The notes below the pieces were generated by a model, which saw only the letters and a program-made list of their open reading frames with translations, ran no database searches and was not told where the DNA came from. Source: Schmidtea polychroa (taxonomy: Eukaryota). From it: a stretch of DNA of 64,000 nt. Position numbers and translations under genes: made by a program. Of the stretch, positions 1 through 12,046 are shown in pieces. How positions within the stretch are numbered: the first letter of the stretch is position 1; every line of letters starts with the position of its first letter. The DNA lies in the NCBI GenBank assembly GCA_044892525.1, contig CM097885.1, positions 53,570,001 to 53,634,000 on the forward strand. The letters run 5' to 3'.

Positions 1-599
1 AAGTTTCACCTTTTTATTTGATTCCACCCTCTGATCCGAACTCTTTTAATACTCCTTTTCTAACTATTCAGTTCCTCTTATAATTCCCTTTTTTCTTGAC
101 TTTGTTCCTCAAATTCATATTTTCGGTTTCTTCTTCCCTACCTAAGGCTACTGCCCACTATCTGAATTTGGAGTTTCCTTATATACTCCCATAATCGTTG
201 TAATTGCCCCATTTTTGACCTAATTGGTTTTGACTTCCTCGGTTATCATTCTCTAATTAGTTATTTCTGTTGACCCCCTTAGTAATTCCCCTTCTTTTGT
301 TTACCCCCGTTTTCCGACTATTTGGTTAATTACCCTCTGAATTCCCAGTTTGTTTATCTTTCCAAATTGCCGCGCTCGGATTCTCCATTGGCTCGGACTT
401 CCCATTAGCTCGGGTTTCCCATTAGCCAATTAATTAATTAAGTAATATTTTGTGTTTTCAAATTTGCCTGTTTTACGATCTTTCTAAACACTTTCTAACA
501 ATTTCTTGCTCACTGCCTTCTTCACCATCCCCTAATCTACCCCTCTCCCGTTTTCCAGCTTCAATTTCGATAACATTTCACTTTATTGCTGTTAGACGC

Positions 600-884
600 A
601 ATTAAATTCAAATCTTCTTTAAGCATTTATTTTTTTATAACAACTTCAAAATTGTGTCGTTTACTAGCGTATTTAAACACCGAGGCGTGATAATTATTAA
701 TATTAATGTAACTACTGGTCATACATTTAATTGATTTAATTTAATATAATTTAATATAATATGATATAATTTAATATAGAATTTAAATATAAAAATTTAA
801 CAGAAATAATTATTTCTACTAACTGATCTCACTTCTAACATTTAACCATAATAATTTTATATAGGGGTTTACTAACTCCTTACA
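600..884 (-). repeat. Start of Gypsy 3' LTR (distal end not determined)
   Basis: Empty-site reconstruction reads AAAGAAGGGCGGA-TGTAAGGAGTTAG on the minus strand, i.e. PPT followed by TG. The left coordinate is approximate. Confidence 0.45.
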
Positions 885-886
885 TC

Positions 887-1060
887 CAACGTTCCCTCTA
901 AGCTGCGCGCGCGCAGCACCTCCAACTCCCCAGCGCAGCAAAATTATTTTCAGCGCAGTATATTTAATTCAACCGTTTGTATTTAATCATTTGTATTTAA
1001 AGGCTGCTCAGCGCAGCTGACTTTGCGCGCACTGCTGCTTATGGCTTAGAGGGAACATTG
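887..1060. mobile_element. hAT-type MITE
   Basis: 17-bp TIR CAA(C/T)GTTCCCTCTAAGC; 8-bp TSD CTTACATC at 879-886 and 1061-1068. Confidence 0.9.
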
Positions 1061-1068
1061 CTTACATC

Positions 1069-4000
1069 CGCCCTTCTTTAAAATGCTTTAACTTTTCTAT
1101 ATTCCTCGTTATTTTTCTCCCGTTTTCGTCTGTTAATAAGTAACTTCTTTCATGATTTCGTTTTATTACTGTGTATGGTCCTTCATATCTCTCGTGCTCT
1201 TTGTTTCTAATTTCTTGTTTCACCAATACTTTGTCCACCACTTCTAAGTTCCTAGTTGTACCAATTTCTTTTGCTTGCTGTCTTTATCCTCGAGTTTCCG
1301 CATGATTTCATTTCTATCCACTTCATTATTACTATGCCATTGCGATCTATCAATCTTTCTCCCAAATATAATTTCTTCTGGACTCACTCCAGTAGTTTTT
1401 TGAGCTGTCGCATTTAAACGTATTCTATATCAGGTATTAATTCTGCCCAGCTTTTTTTAACTCCTTCTCTGAGTGACGCGTTAATATAGTCTCTTATAGT
1501 ACGAAATTGTCTTTCAATTACACCATTAGTATTATGATGATACGGACTAGAAAATATCAACTCAATTCCTGCCGCCTTTGCTAGTTCTTTAATACTATTT
1601 GCTTCGAAATTCTTTCCACAATCTACATGTAGTTCCTTAGGGGCTCCAAATTTCAATATCCAATTATTTAACAAAACTGCATTTTTTGTATTTTCATCTT
1701 GCTTTCTAATAGGAGTTAGAGATATGTATTTACTGTAATGATCGATTATTGCACAAATATATTTTTTTCCTCTGAAGGTTTCTCTTAATGGACCGCAAAT
1801 ATCCATGTATATTTTCTCCATAGGTTCTGAAGCTTGGCTTTTTTCTTTTGACTTTGTAGTTAAAACTTTGTTTTTCTGACATGCTTCACATATTGAAATA
1901 GTCTCTTTTACTTCATTTAGCAAATTTTCCATATCAAAATTGTTCCTAATATATTTCATAACTTTTTCTACTCCTGCGTGGCATAATAATAAATGTGTTT
2001 CCTTAATCATTTCTCGTCTTTTTTGTTTCTGGTATAGATAATATTTCCTTTTAACATATATTTATTATTTTTCCTTTCATTTATTTGATCTTTTATTTCT
2101 TGTATTTCTGCATTATTTCTTTGCCATTCATTTCCATTATTTTCGGTCATTAATGTTAACAATCTAGTTTTGAATCGCCCTGATTTGGGGTTATCATGGT
2201 CCATCAAACATTGTACACATTTGCCGCATGTATTTCTAGACAGCATATCTGCATTCGTATGCGCCGTACCTTTTCTGAACTCCATTTTATGTCTAAACTG
2301 CTCAATTAATTTATCCACGTTTGGAACTGTGCTGTTATAGGCTTCTTTGTCGTTAACATAAAAGTTATTGCTTTATGATCAGTGCGCAAAACAAACCGTT
2401 TACCATATAAATAATGGTTGAAATGGCGACAGAAATAATTTATAGCCAAAAGCTCTTTTAGTGTTATACAATAACCTCTTTCATGGCTACTCATTGCATG
2501 GGAACCATATGCAATAACGTGTTCATGCCCCATTTCATCTCTTTGTGATAATACAGCTCCAATTGTATCAAAGCTTGCGTCTGTATCTAATATGAATTCT
2601 TTCTTGAAATCTGGAAATACGAGAATTGGCGCTGTAGTCAACACCATTTTCATTTCTTCGAAAGCTTTCTCACATTTCAGTCCAGATTATTTTTTCACTA
2701 TTGCTTCCACATATGCTTTCTAGCGCTCTTGATTTTGTTGCATATTCCTTAATAAATCTCCGATAATAGTTACATATACCTAAAAAGCTTCTCAAATTCT
2801 TTATACACTTAGGCCTCTGAAATGATTTAATAGCCTCAATTTTACTTTGATCTGTCCGAATCCCCTGACTGTTAATAATGTGCCCTAAAATCTTTACTTC
2901 GCTCTTTAATAACTGACATTTTTCTGGATTGATTCTCAATTTAGCTTCCCTTATTTTCTCTAGAACTTTTCTAAACACATTGTAATGTTCTTCAATTGTT
3001 CTTGTAAAAATTAAAATATCGTCTAAATACACCATAACTCCTTCTTTCCATAGATCTTTCAATATTTTTGTCATTAATTCTTGGAATGTACCCGGTGCAG
3101 CCGCAATGCCAAAAAAAAATTGCCCTTCTTTAGTAGAAAATGCTGTCTTTTCTTGCGATTCTATGTCCAATTTCACCTGATAATAAGCGTCCCCAAGGTC
3201 TATAGAACTAAAGTAGTTAGATCCATGTAATGTAGAATTTCTTCTACATTCGGCATAGGAAAAGCTTGTCTTTCAGTAATCTTATTAAGCTGTCTAAAAT
3301 ATAAACAAAGTCTGATGTCTTTTTTGTCTTTTTTCCACACGCATACTAACGGCGTATTCCAATGTGAATTACATTTTCTTATGATATCATTATTTTCTAA
3401 ATTTTTTATAGCAGCTTTTATTTTCTCCTCTAAATTGATGGGTTGTCTTCTGGGTTTTATCATAATTCGCCCTTCTTTTGTGATGATTTTATGTGCAATT
3501 AAATCAGTACATTATTATTAGCCATAAAAACACTTTTATTGTTTTTAACAATCTCTAACAGTCTTTTATTTTCGTTTAATCTTAGAATTTCTATTGCTTT
3601 TTGACATCTCAAGTTATCTGTAATCTTTTCCTCAAATTTAGCTTCTATTTCACACACAAATTCATTATATTTTTCTCCATTTTGCTTGATGCAGTTTAAT
3701 TCAATTCCAAACTCTTTCTGTAATTCCACTCCGCCTATTATATCTGGAACAATATTTTTAACTATTATAAATGTTATTTTTCTTTCTATATTACCAATTC
3801 TAACATCAATATGTATTTTTCCGATTGTCTCTAATTTACTATCATTTGCACATCTTAACATCTCATCTGTTTTTATGATTTTCACATTCACTAATTTGTC
3901 CACAACTGCTTCTACCATTACATTTACTCTTGCTCCTGTATCTAATAAGTATTACATTCTATAGCCCTGAATTTCAAGAGTTGTACTCGGTCTACCCTGC

Positions 4001-4200
4001 ATTTTGTCACAACTCAGTATCGGTCGTTTCCATTCATCTTTAGTGAAAATATTTTGCTCCTCTGATATTTCATTAATCCACCCGATTTCATTTCTCTCTA
4101 ATATATCTTCTGCCTTTTTAATAAATTTATAAACTTTTTCATTTACTATTTTATTATTATATTCTGCTTCTTTAATTTCATTATACTCTTCTTTATTCTT
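1069..4200 (-). mobile_element. Degenerate Ty3/Gypsy LTR retrotransposon pol (PR-RT-RH-IN order), 5'-truncated
   Basis: Protease LLDTGA near 3930-3950; RT VYLDDIL (2670-3176); RNase H DTDAS...ELLA...TDHKA (2306-2653); integrase HHCC and DDE core (1414-2010). Frameshifts and stops split the ORFs. The polypurine tract at about 1069-1080 abuts a TG LTR start once the MITE is removed. Confidence 0.93.
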
Positions 4201-4459
4201 AGGATTATTATTATTATTTATTAAAGATCGATCAGCATTAAAATAACTACAACATTTAAAATTATTTAAAGGAAACTTTTTAAAATTACAAATTTTATTA
4301 CATAAAGGTTCTACATTATTATATATATATAAGGATTATTTACACTATTAAATTTTTTATGACCAATATTTTTACATCAATATCAAAATTACCTAGTATA
4401 TTGCTCCGATCATTGCCTCCCGTGTCGAAGCAAGTACTTTTGGGTCAATTCACTTGAAG

Positions 4460-4590
4460 AAGGCAGTGCCGAAAATTCGTGAGTATCAACAAACATCGAC
4501 ATATTACTGATTTATAGTCTTCAAGCTCTCTTTTTAATAAATTCAATGGAAAAAATAATCAGTGGTGAAATTGGAAGAAATAAAAGTTCT
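4460..4590 (+). repeat. Dispersed repeat family copy
   Basis: AGGCAGTGCCGAAAATT...CAGTGGTGAAATTGGAA. Inverted copy at about 7475-7602; related copies at about 33215-33350 and 48855-48945. Confidence 0.75.
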
Positions 4591-5499
4591 ATATATATAT
4601 ATATATCAATCCGACTATTTTTCTATTTATTCTCTGTTGTATTTCATCATTCAGAATGGAAAGGGGATTCTGTAGGATATAGCAGGTTCACACAGATAAG
4701 CAGTCTGTGGAAAAGATTTTCGATAAAGCTATAATAAGTGTCAATGAGCTGTTTGTGTTGATCAAGAAGTGATGGGAAAATTATTTCTCTTTTGTTTTTG
4801 CTGCACATTTGAAGTCGTTTTATGTGTTTGGTCTTTCATTTTTCTTCCTAATAAATTTCAAAATTTTAATACTAACCCCCATTGGGAGATTGACTTTAAC
4901 TTGTTGTCACTTGATCATTTGAGGATGTAAACTTCATACTTTCCTATATTAGCAGGATAGTCGAACTACAAATGTATTTTGTCATTAGTCTATCCAACAT
5001 AGATATGTAGTTAAAATGATTTACAAATATTTGGACTATAAATCTGTTAATTTTTCACAATTAATTGATTTTTAACATTTTTCCATTTTGATGCTGTGAA
5101 AACCATTTAGTCTTTTGGGTTTTGCTAACATAGGATTGCAATTGTTTTTGAGTCGTCTATGTCGTCCCAGAATCCGTGACCCAGATTGTATAAATACCCA
5201 ACCGCTGCCACTTTGTGATTTGCTCGGGCAACTATTCTATAGGCATATGTATGGTTCCCGCTCATTTCGTCGCATTTCATTTAGTTGTAAATCATAGATA
5301 CCAAAATACAATGAAAATTAGTCATGTAAATAATCATAAATGTCGTTATGATGCCAAAATAAACATAAGATTTAAAGTTAGATTGGCTAAGTTTGGAATA
5401 CAGAAACAAAATGAGTTATTGTGCTCAAATATTGTGGAATGTTGTTGGTGTTCTGTGAAGCTACAACTGAATTGATCCTGTCATCCATTTCTTTATACT

Positions 5500-5870
5500 T
5501 CTTCTGAATATGTAGTTTGGACTCGATTGATTTTATTAGCTACTGCTGATCGTTCGATGCGTAGTTTCGCAACGAGAGCTGATATGGAAGGATGAGCATT
5601 TTTGACAACCTCTTTGAATGCATTATCGGTTGCTGCCTTTTAAAATTTCTTCTTAAATGCAAGTATGGCAGTTTGTTTGAAATCAAGTGAGATATAATCA
5701 GGATTTCATATTCTGTAGAAAATGAAGCATAGCAGGATACAATTCTTTTGATTTATTCTTCATCAGAGGGTAAACACAAAATCGTTTCGGAATTTCCAAG
5801 TAAGGCTTGAATAGTGTAAAGCTGCGTATATAAATTTGGGGCAACGTAAAATATGCCATCCGCAAATTAG
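5500..5870 (-). pseudogene. MULE/Mutator transposase remnant
   Basis: Manual translation gives FADGIFYVAPNLYTQLYTIQA (DGTF...QLYTI motif) and AFKEVVKNAHPSISALVAKL (C-terminal HPsI motif). Confidence 0.65.
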
Positions 5871-6981
5871 TTATTTTTTAATTTGCTCTAGTATTTTTAT
5901 TGATTAATAAAATATAAATAAATTATTTATAATATAAACAAAATCAATGAGTAATATAATATATATAACGTAAAGTAAAATTAATTTAGCACTGGATAGG
6001 ATAAAACTATTAATCTCCAAAAAATCATTTTTCTTCATCGTTTACTACTTTAAATAATTCAAAGGTGTCTGTAATTTTCATTATGGTTACTTAAGCTTTT
6101 TTATATATTTGTAATTATGATTTAAATATTAATCCATAAAAATATAAATTTTTTTAATTTTAAAAATCTGATGACCTATACTAGAGCGTCGCCTATTAAT
6201 CATATCCATTTCTCGTACAGAAGCAAATGACGCTATATTTTAATGTGTTGAGCATCTCTTGAATTCTCTGTTATCAGATGTAAACGGAAACTTATATTCT
6301 CTTCGGTTTCGTCACCTGGCTGAAGAGCTGGTTGTCATTTCCTTCAAATGATTTATGAAAGTGCTGATGTGATCTCTAAATTTGGTGCAACCAAAACAGG
6401 AACTCGTGCAAGTATTTGTTGTACAAATACTTTACTTTCGAACTAAGCTCCCAAACAACTGTAGCCACTGAAACATGTTCTAAAGATGTAGTATGCAAAT
6501 TGTGCCCTGTCGGTAGTTTCGTAACTTCATTTCCATTGCAATTCATTCATACATTACGCGGTCCGGACTCATATCACCAGCATATTTTTTTGTTTTCTTA
6601 ACTTTCTTTTATCTAAGCATAACCTTCATAAGCTGTCTTATCACTTTCTCTATTACTTTTAACAAACATTATCTTCGGCTTGATGATAACTAATGTTTCT
6701 TTTTTTCGGATTTATATATTTTATTGATTTATATAATTGAGCTCCATGAAATAATTTGCAACGAAATGAACGCCGGCTATAATTACTACAAGTGTAAATA
6801 TGGATTTGGATAAAAAGAGTGTCAATAAAAAATAAAATATTCTTGTAATTGTAATGTTTTTTCAATTGAAAATAAAAAAAATATTATTATCTAGTATTAA
6901 AGCTTTGAAATATGCGGATTTCTAATGTTTTTTAATTAAATTGTTTTAAATAATCTTGTATTGAAATTAACTTCTTTTCAG

Positions 6982-7079
6982 CCAATAACATAAAACATGC
7001 TTTTGTTTTAATCCACGTGAGCAGATTCCAGCAAGTCGTTGCGGTGTATACGATTCAAGCCAGTACAGAATTAAGTAAA
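6982..7079 (+). CDS. Penultimate exon of PH-domain protein (PLEKHG5/6/7-like RhoGEF)
   Basis: Acceptor TTTTCAG and donor GTAATA. Encodes NNIKHAFVLIHVSRFQQVVAVYTIQASTELSK, which splices in phase 0 to AVWMDEL, completing the PH C-terminal strand and Trp helix. Confidence 0.6.
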
Positions 7080-7243
7080 GTAATAAGTTGCTTATTATTA
7101 AATATGTTTTTATTTATAGAATAATTTATTCTGTAATTTTTTAATGTTTGGCTTATGAATAGTGATTGTTTTTGTTTGACTTTTCATTGTTTTTCAATAA
7201 AATAATAATAAATGATTAAGGATGTCTACATAAATTAGTTACC

Positions 7244-7383
<140 letters not shown>

Positions 7384-7474
7384 ATCTTATTAGAAACGAT
7401 TAGAAATATTCTTCATCATTTGAGATTTAAAAGGATTTTAAAATGATTTAAAATATAAATTTAAAATAATACTA

Positions 7475-7602
7475 AAAGAACTTTTTTTCCAATTTCACCA
7501 CTGATTATTTTTTCCATTGAATTTATTAAAAAGGAGCTTGAAGACTATAAATCAATAATATATCGATGTTTGTTGATACTCACAAATTTTCGGCACTGCC
7601 TT
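7475..7602 (-). repeat. Dispersed repeat, inverted copy of 4460-4590
   Basis: Reverse complement match over about 130 bp. Confidence 0.75.
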
Positions 7603-8023
7603 ATTTTTTGCTTGGCATGCCATTGGTATTCATCCATGTTGATGCCGTAATTATTTGGTGTAAATCCTAAAATTAAAGTTAATTATATTCTAATCCCATT
7701 TTGCTTAAATTTAGTCATATTTGAAACACCTATCATAATTTTTTAATAACATTTAAATTCATTTACATACGTTTTCAATTTTTTCATTCATCTTTATTTG
7801 TAAATAACTTATAAAAACATGCTTATTTTCTTTAAAAGATAATGTTGATTTTCATTCTTGGGGTAATTATTACTTATAAATTTGACTTTTATTTGTTTAC
7901 ATGATTTTAATAAAGATATAATTATTTACAAAATATGGCTATAGTGAGCAAAGAGGCACTGATTTTTTATAATTAAATTTTAAACAAAAATTAATTAAAA
8001 AACCAATAAATAAATTAAAATAA

Positions 8024-8615
8024 TCTAATATATAAAGATGAAAGTTTGTTTGTTTGTTTGTTTTCTATAGAATTCCCCACTGTTGGACTTAAAGTGCTGA
8101 AATTTTGCATGTGGCCCTCATTTAACTCGGGATAGGTCATAGGCTATGTTTCACCCCCGGATGACCACCCCTAGGGTACTCTTAGTCGGTTTTTTTGTCT
8201 GTCTGGTAAGCAATTTACCATATAAATAATAATTTATTATATGCTTGCTACTTGCAGTTGAAAGTAATATAATTTAGTCAAAAGTTTTCAAAACAGAATT
8301 CAAACGTTTAATATATAAAGATGAAAGTTTGTTTGTTTGTTTTCTATAGAATTCCCCACTGTTGGAGAATTTGAATTTTATTTGATTAGTGAACCAGTTT
8401 GCAACTGGAAAATATATGCCAATTATTTTTCGATTTAAATTGGAGTGCGTTTTCGATTTTACAAATTTAAATTTATTTTGAAAGCTTTTCTTATTGTGAA
8501 TTGAAGCTGTTATAAAATTAATACTGGAACGTAATAACATCATTAAACAAAAAATAAATTTAAATGAATTATTATAATAAATGTAAACTCGGGCGAAGCC
8601 GGGTACAACAGCTAG
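8024..8615 (+). mobile_element. Non-autonomous Helitron-like element
   Basis: A|TC 5' end; GC-rich subterminal hairpin CGGGCGAAGCCGGG then CTAG|T; the 5' 55 bp is repeated internally near 8309-8366. Confidence 0.75.
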
Positions 8616-8831
8616 TATAAAATAAGAACAAAAATAACAATTAAATTATTTTTAAATCACATACCGCTCAGATATATGTAATACAATAGCATCAAAAATG
8701 TTTCTTGTTGTTGAAACTCTTTTTCTCCACATCCATTCATCTCGATAGCTTGGAAGCATATTCTCATAGGTTCCATACATATATTTAAATTTTCGCTTGT
8801 CCAAAATCTGTCGAGTAAATTTTTTTGTGTC

Positions 8832-9250
8832 GATTAAAGATTAAAATCAACTAGAGTATAAATATAAAAAAATTAATACGTTAAATTATTTATAATAATA
8901 TAAGTATACAAAATGAAGATTAATTTATTCGTAATAATTACAAAAGTAAAAATTTTGTTGATCCATCTTTGATCCTTTGTTGAAAATCTTTGAATGCATT
9001 TGAAAACATTTTTAAGATCAAATTTGTATCGTAATTCTGATTGTTTGGAATTTTATTTGGCAGAATTCTTGCTCAGAAGATTGCATAAAAGAAATACAAA
9101 ACTTTGTCTGAAAAGCTTTTTGGAATTATTACGAATAAATTAGTCTACATTTTGTATTATTATACTTATATTATTATAAATAATTTAACGTATTAATTTT
9201 TTATTAATACGTATTAATATTTATACAACTTGTGTTGAATTTCTTTAATC
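8832..9250. mobile_element. AT-rich foldback/MITE
   Basis: Imperfect inverted arms of about 110-130 bp (8832-8946 versus 9117-9250). Confidence 0.6.
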
Positions 9251-10036
9251 TTAACTCATTTTATAATAATCGCATTTTGCATGTTCAGTGATTTATAATA
9301 ATTTTAATAAGCTCAAAATGTGTACATTTAATAGATAAATATAACTCAAAATATTTTTGACAGTGCTGATCAGATAAATTCTATATTATTGCGGTATACT
9401 AAATAAATTTTGAATAAAATTTGAATATACAGTCCCATTAATGCCACTTTTGGTTTCAAAAGATTTGTAGTATCAATGGGAGAATGACTGAGAAAATTGT
9501 TTATTATCGCCTAGTGGCTCAATATTCCTGAAAGATAGACATTGAATAGAGCCATGAGATGGACTACCTTTATGATGCACCATGTCCACAATAAAATGTT
9601 AGATTATTCACTGATCAAAACTGTAATTATTTGACAATAGCTATACTATAGAAATACTACGGTTAATTTTGATCAATTCAAATATTATTTTTATAATAAC
9701 GTATAAGAATCTTTAAATATAATTAGCTCAACATAAAATTCTATCAAAATTTCAAATATTAAAAATTTATTAACCGCAACAGAATATAAGTCAGTATTTT
9801 ATGAGAAAGGGGCTGATATTATATATTAAATTCTCCAATATAGCACTGAGATTTCAATATTCAAAATTTTACTAATGATATTTTTTTGAATAAGGGTTTA
9901 TCCTTGGCAAGGCCAAATCGAGCGCAACGAGCCGATGGAAATTTAAGGAAAATTTAGTATGTTAAAGGATAAATCCTATTTTAAAGATTTTTGATGATTA
10001 AAGAAATAAAATAAAATAGAAATAAATATTTACCTT

Positions 10037-10221
10037 AGTAGGGTAATGTGTGGAGTCGGGAACAAAGACATATGACGTCATCGATGACGTCACAAAGACA
10101 TATGAGTCATACCCCCGGGGGAGGCGGTATTTTTAAATAAAGACATATGACTCATCGTGATGACTCACCGTGATGACTCATCAAGGTCATATGACTCATC
10201 GACTCCACACATTACCCTACT
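10037..10221. promoter_or_regulatory. Left-terminal fold-back with AP-1/CRE motif cluster
   Basis: Perfect 22-bp inverted repeat (10037-10058 and 10200-10221) enclosing 2x TGACGTCA and 5x TGA(C/G)TCA. The function is inferred. Confidence 0.6.
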
Positions 10222-10341
10222 CTACTGTTTTTACTCTTTTTGTCACTTTTAACAAGTCTGATCGAGATTTAAGTGTAACAATGTATAGGCAGAATTTAAT
10301 TCTCTACAACATGGCGCAATTAAAGCTTTAGTTTGTCGCTT

Positions 10342-11040
10342 TGTGTGTAATACACACATGTTTTTACGATAAATTTGTATTTTTCGCGCGGTTAACGTAA
10401 TTTTCTTGGATTTTTATTCATATATTATATAGATAAAATTTAATTTTCTATAAAATAGCTTGATTAAAAATTATGTCTCGTATGTTGTGTGTAATACACA
10501 CATGTTTTTACGATAAATTTGTATTTTTCATACAGTTAACGTAATTTTCTTAGGATTTTATTCATATAATATATAAATAAAATTTAATTTTATATAAAAT
10601 GGATTGATTAAAAATTATGTCTCGTATGTTGTGTGTAATACACACATGTTTTTACGATAAATTTGTATTTTTCATACAGTTAACGTAATTTTCTTAGGAT
10701 TTTATTCATATAATATATAAATAAAATTTAATTTTCTATAAAATGGATTGATTAAAAATTATGTCTTGTATGTTGTGTGTAATACACACATGTTTTTACG
10801 ATAAATTTGTATTTTTCATACAGTTAACGTAATTTTCTTAGGATTTTATTCATATAATATATAGATAAAATTTAATTTTCTTCAAAATGGATTGATTAGA
10901 AATTATGTATCTTGTTTTGTGTGTAATACACACATGTTTTTACGATAAATTTGTATTTTTCATACAGTTAACGTAATTTCCTTGTATATTTATTCATATA
11001 TTATAGAGATAAAATTTAATTTTCTATAAAATGGATTGAT
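10342..11040. repeat. 144-bp tandem repeat, about 4.9 copies
   Basis: Palindrome TGTGTGTA-A-TACACACA recurs at 10342, 10486, 10630, 10774 and 10918. Confidence 0.92.
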
Positions 11041-12046
11041 CTAGAGTTTAAAATGTTGTATTATTTTATTACTTTGTTGCAATATTTTTATAATCTTATA
11101 ACAATTTGCTTAAATATTTTACATCTGGTGAAATATTTCCGAAATATGTTATTACTTTGTTGTAATTTACTGAAAGACTTCACAATTTATTACAATATTC
11201 TTTTAAATTTGTTGTCCGTCTTCGAAATAATGTATTGATTTGTCCCAATTAACATCATTATTTTATTACTTTGTTGCAATATTTTTATTATTTTAGTTAC
11301 AATTTGATAAATATTTTACAACTTTGTTGAAATTCTCTGAAATATGTTACTACTTTGTTGTAATATTTTCTAATCTTGTTACAATTTGCTTAAATATTTT
11401 ACAACTGTTGAAAATTTATCTGAAATATGTTATTACTTTGTTACAATTTTATGAAAACGTTATTACTGTTTTGCAATTTGATGAAAAATGATATTACTTT
11501 GTGGGTTCATCACATTATTTTTTATTAAATTATTATGAAAAATGTTAAATAAGTCAACTTTAGCATCAAAATGTGTTTTAAAATACTGCAACGTAATGCA
11601 TTTATTTTTCCTACCCTTTCCTTGATTTTGATTGGTCAGAATGTAATCATGTGTAATATATAAGCAGTAACTTTTCAAATGTTTGTCATTTAAACTTTTA
11701 ATTTAACTTATATAAGTGAATAATTTTTTATTCTCTATCTAATATTAATGATTATTTTCTTTTAGTGAACGGATGCAGTTTATATAAATTTTGTATTGCC
11801 GAAAGTCATGAAGATGTGGAGAACTGTAAATCAGTTACATCATCATATTTCAAGATAAATGACTCTACCTTATCGGGTTACATATGACCGGAATGTCTCA
11901 TTATATCACCAGGTAGGTGGTTAATGTTTGTACGACAACACGGACACCATCTTAGAAGATTCGAAGAAACGAAGAGCAGGATGATCACTAAAAGTAATAC
12001 TCTTTCTACTATTAACAATTATTAATTTTTTATAGTACAATCGAAA

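Noticed and set aside
10037..10221. Independent mini-element inserted at this site
   Set aside because: There is no TSD around it alone; TACCTT is duplicated only at 16291.
10342..11040. Regularly spaced palindromic repeats resembling a CRISPR array
   Set aside because: The spacers are near-identical, so these are whole-unit tandem repeats; the context is eukaryotic and there are no cas genes.
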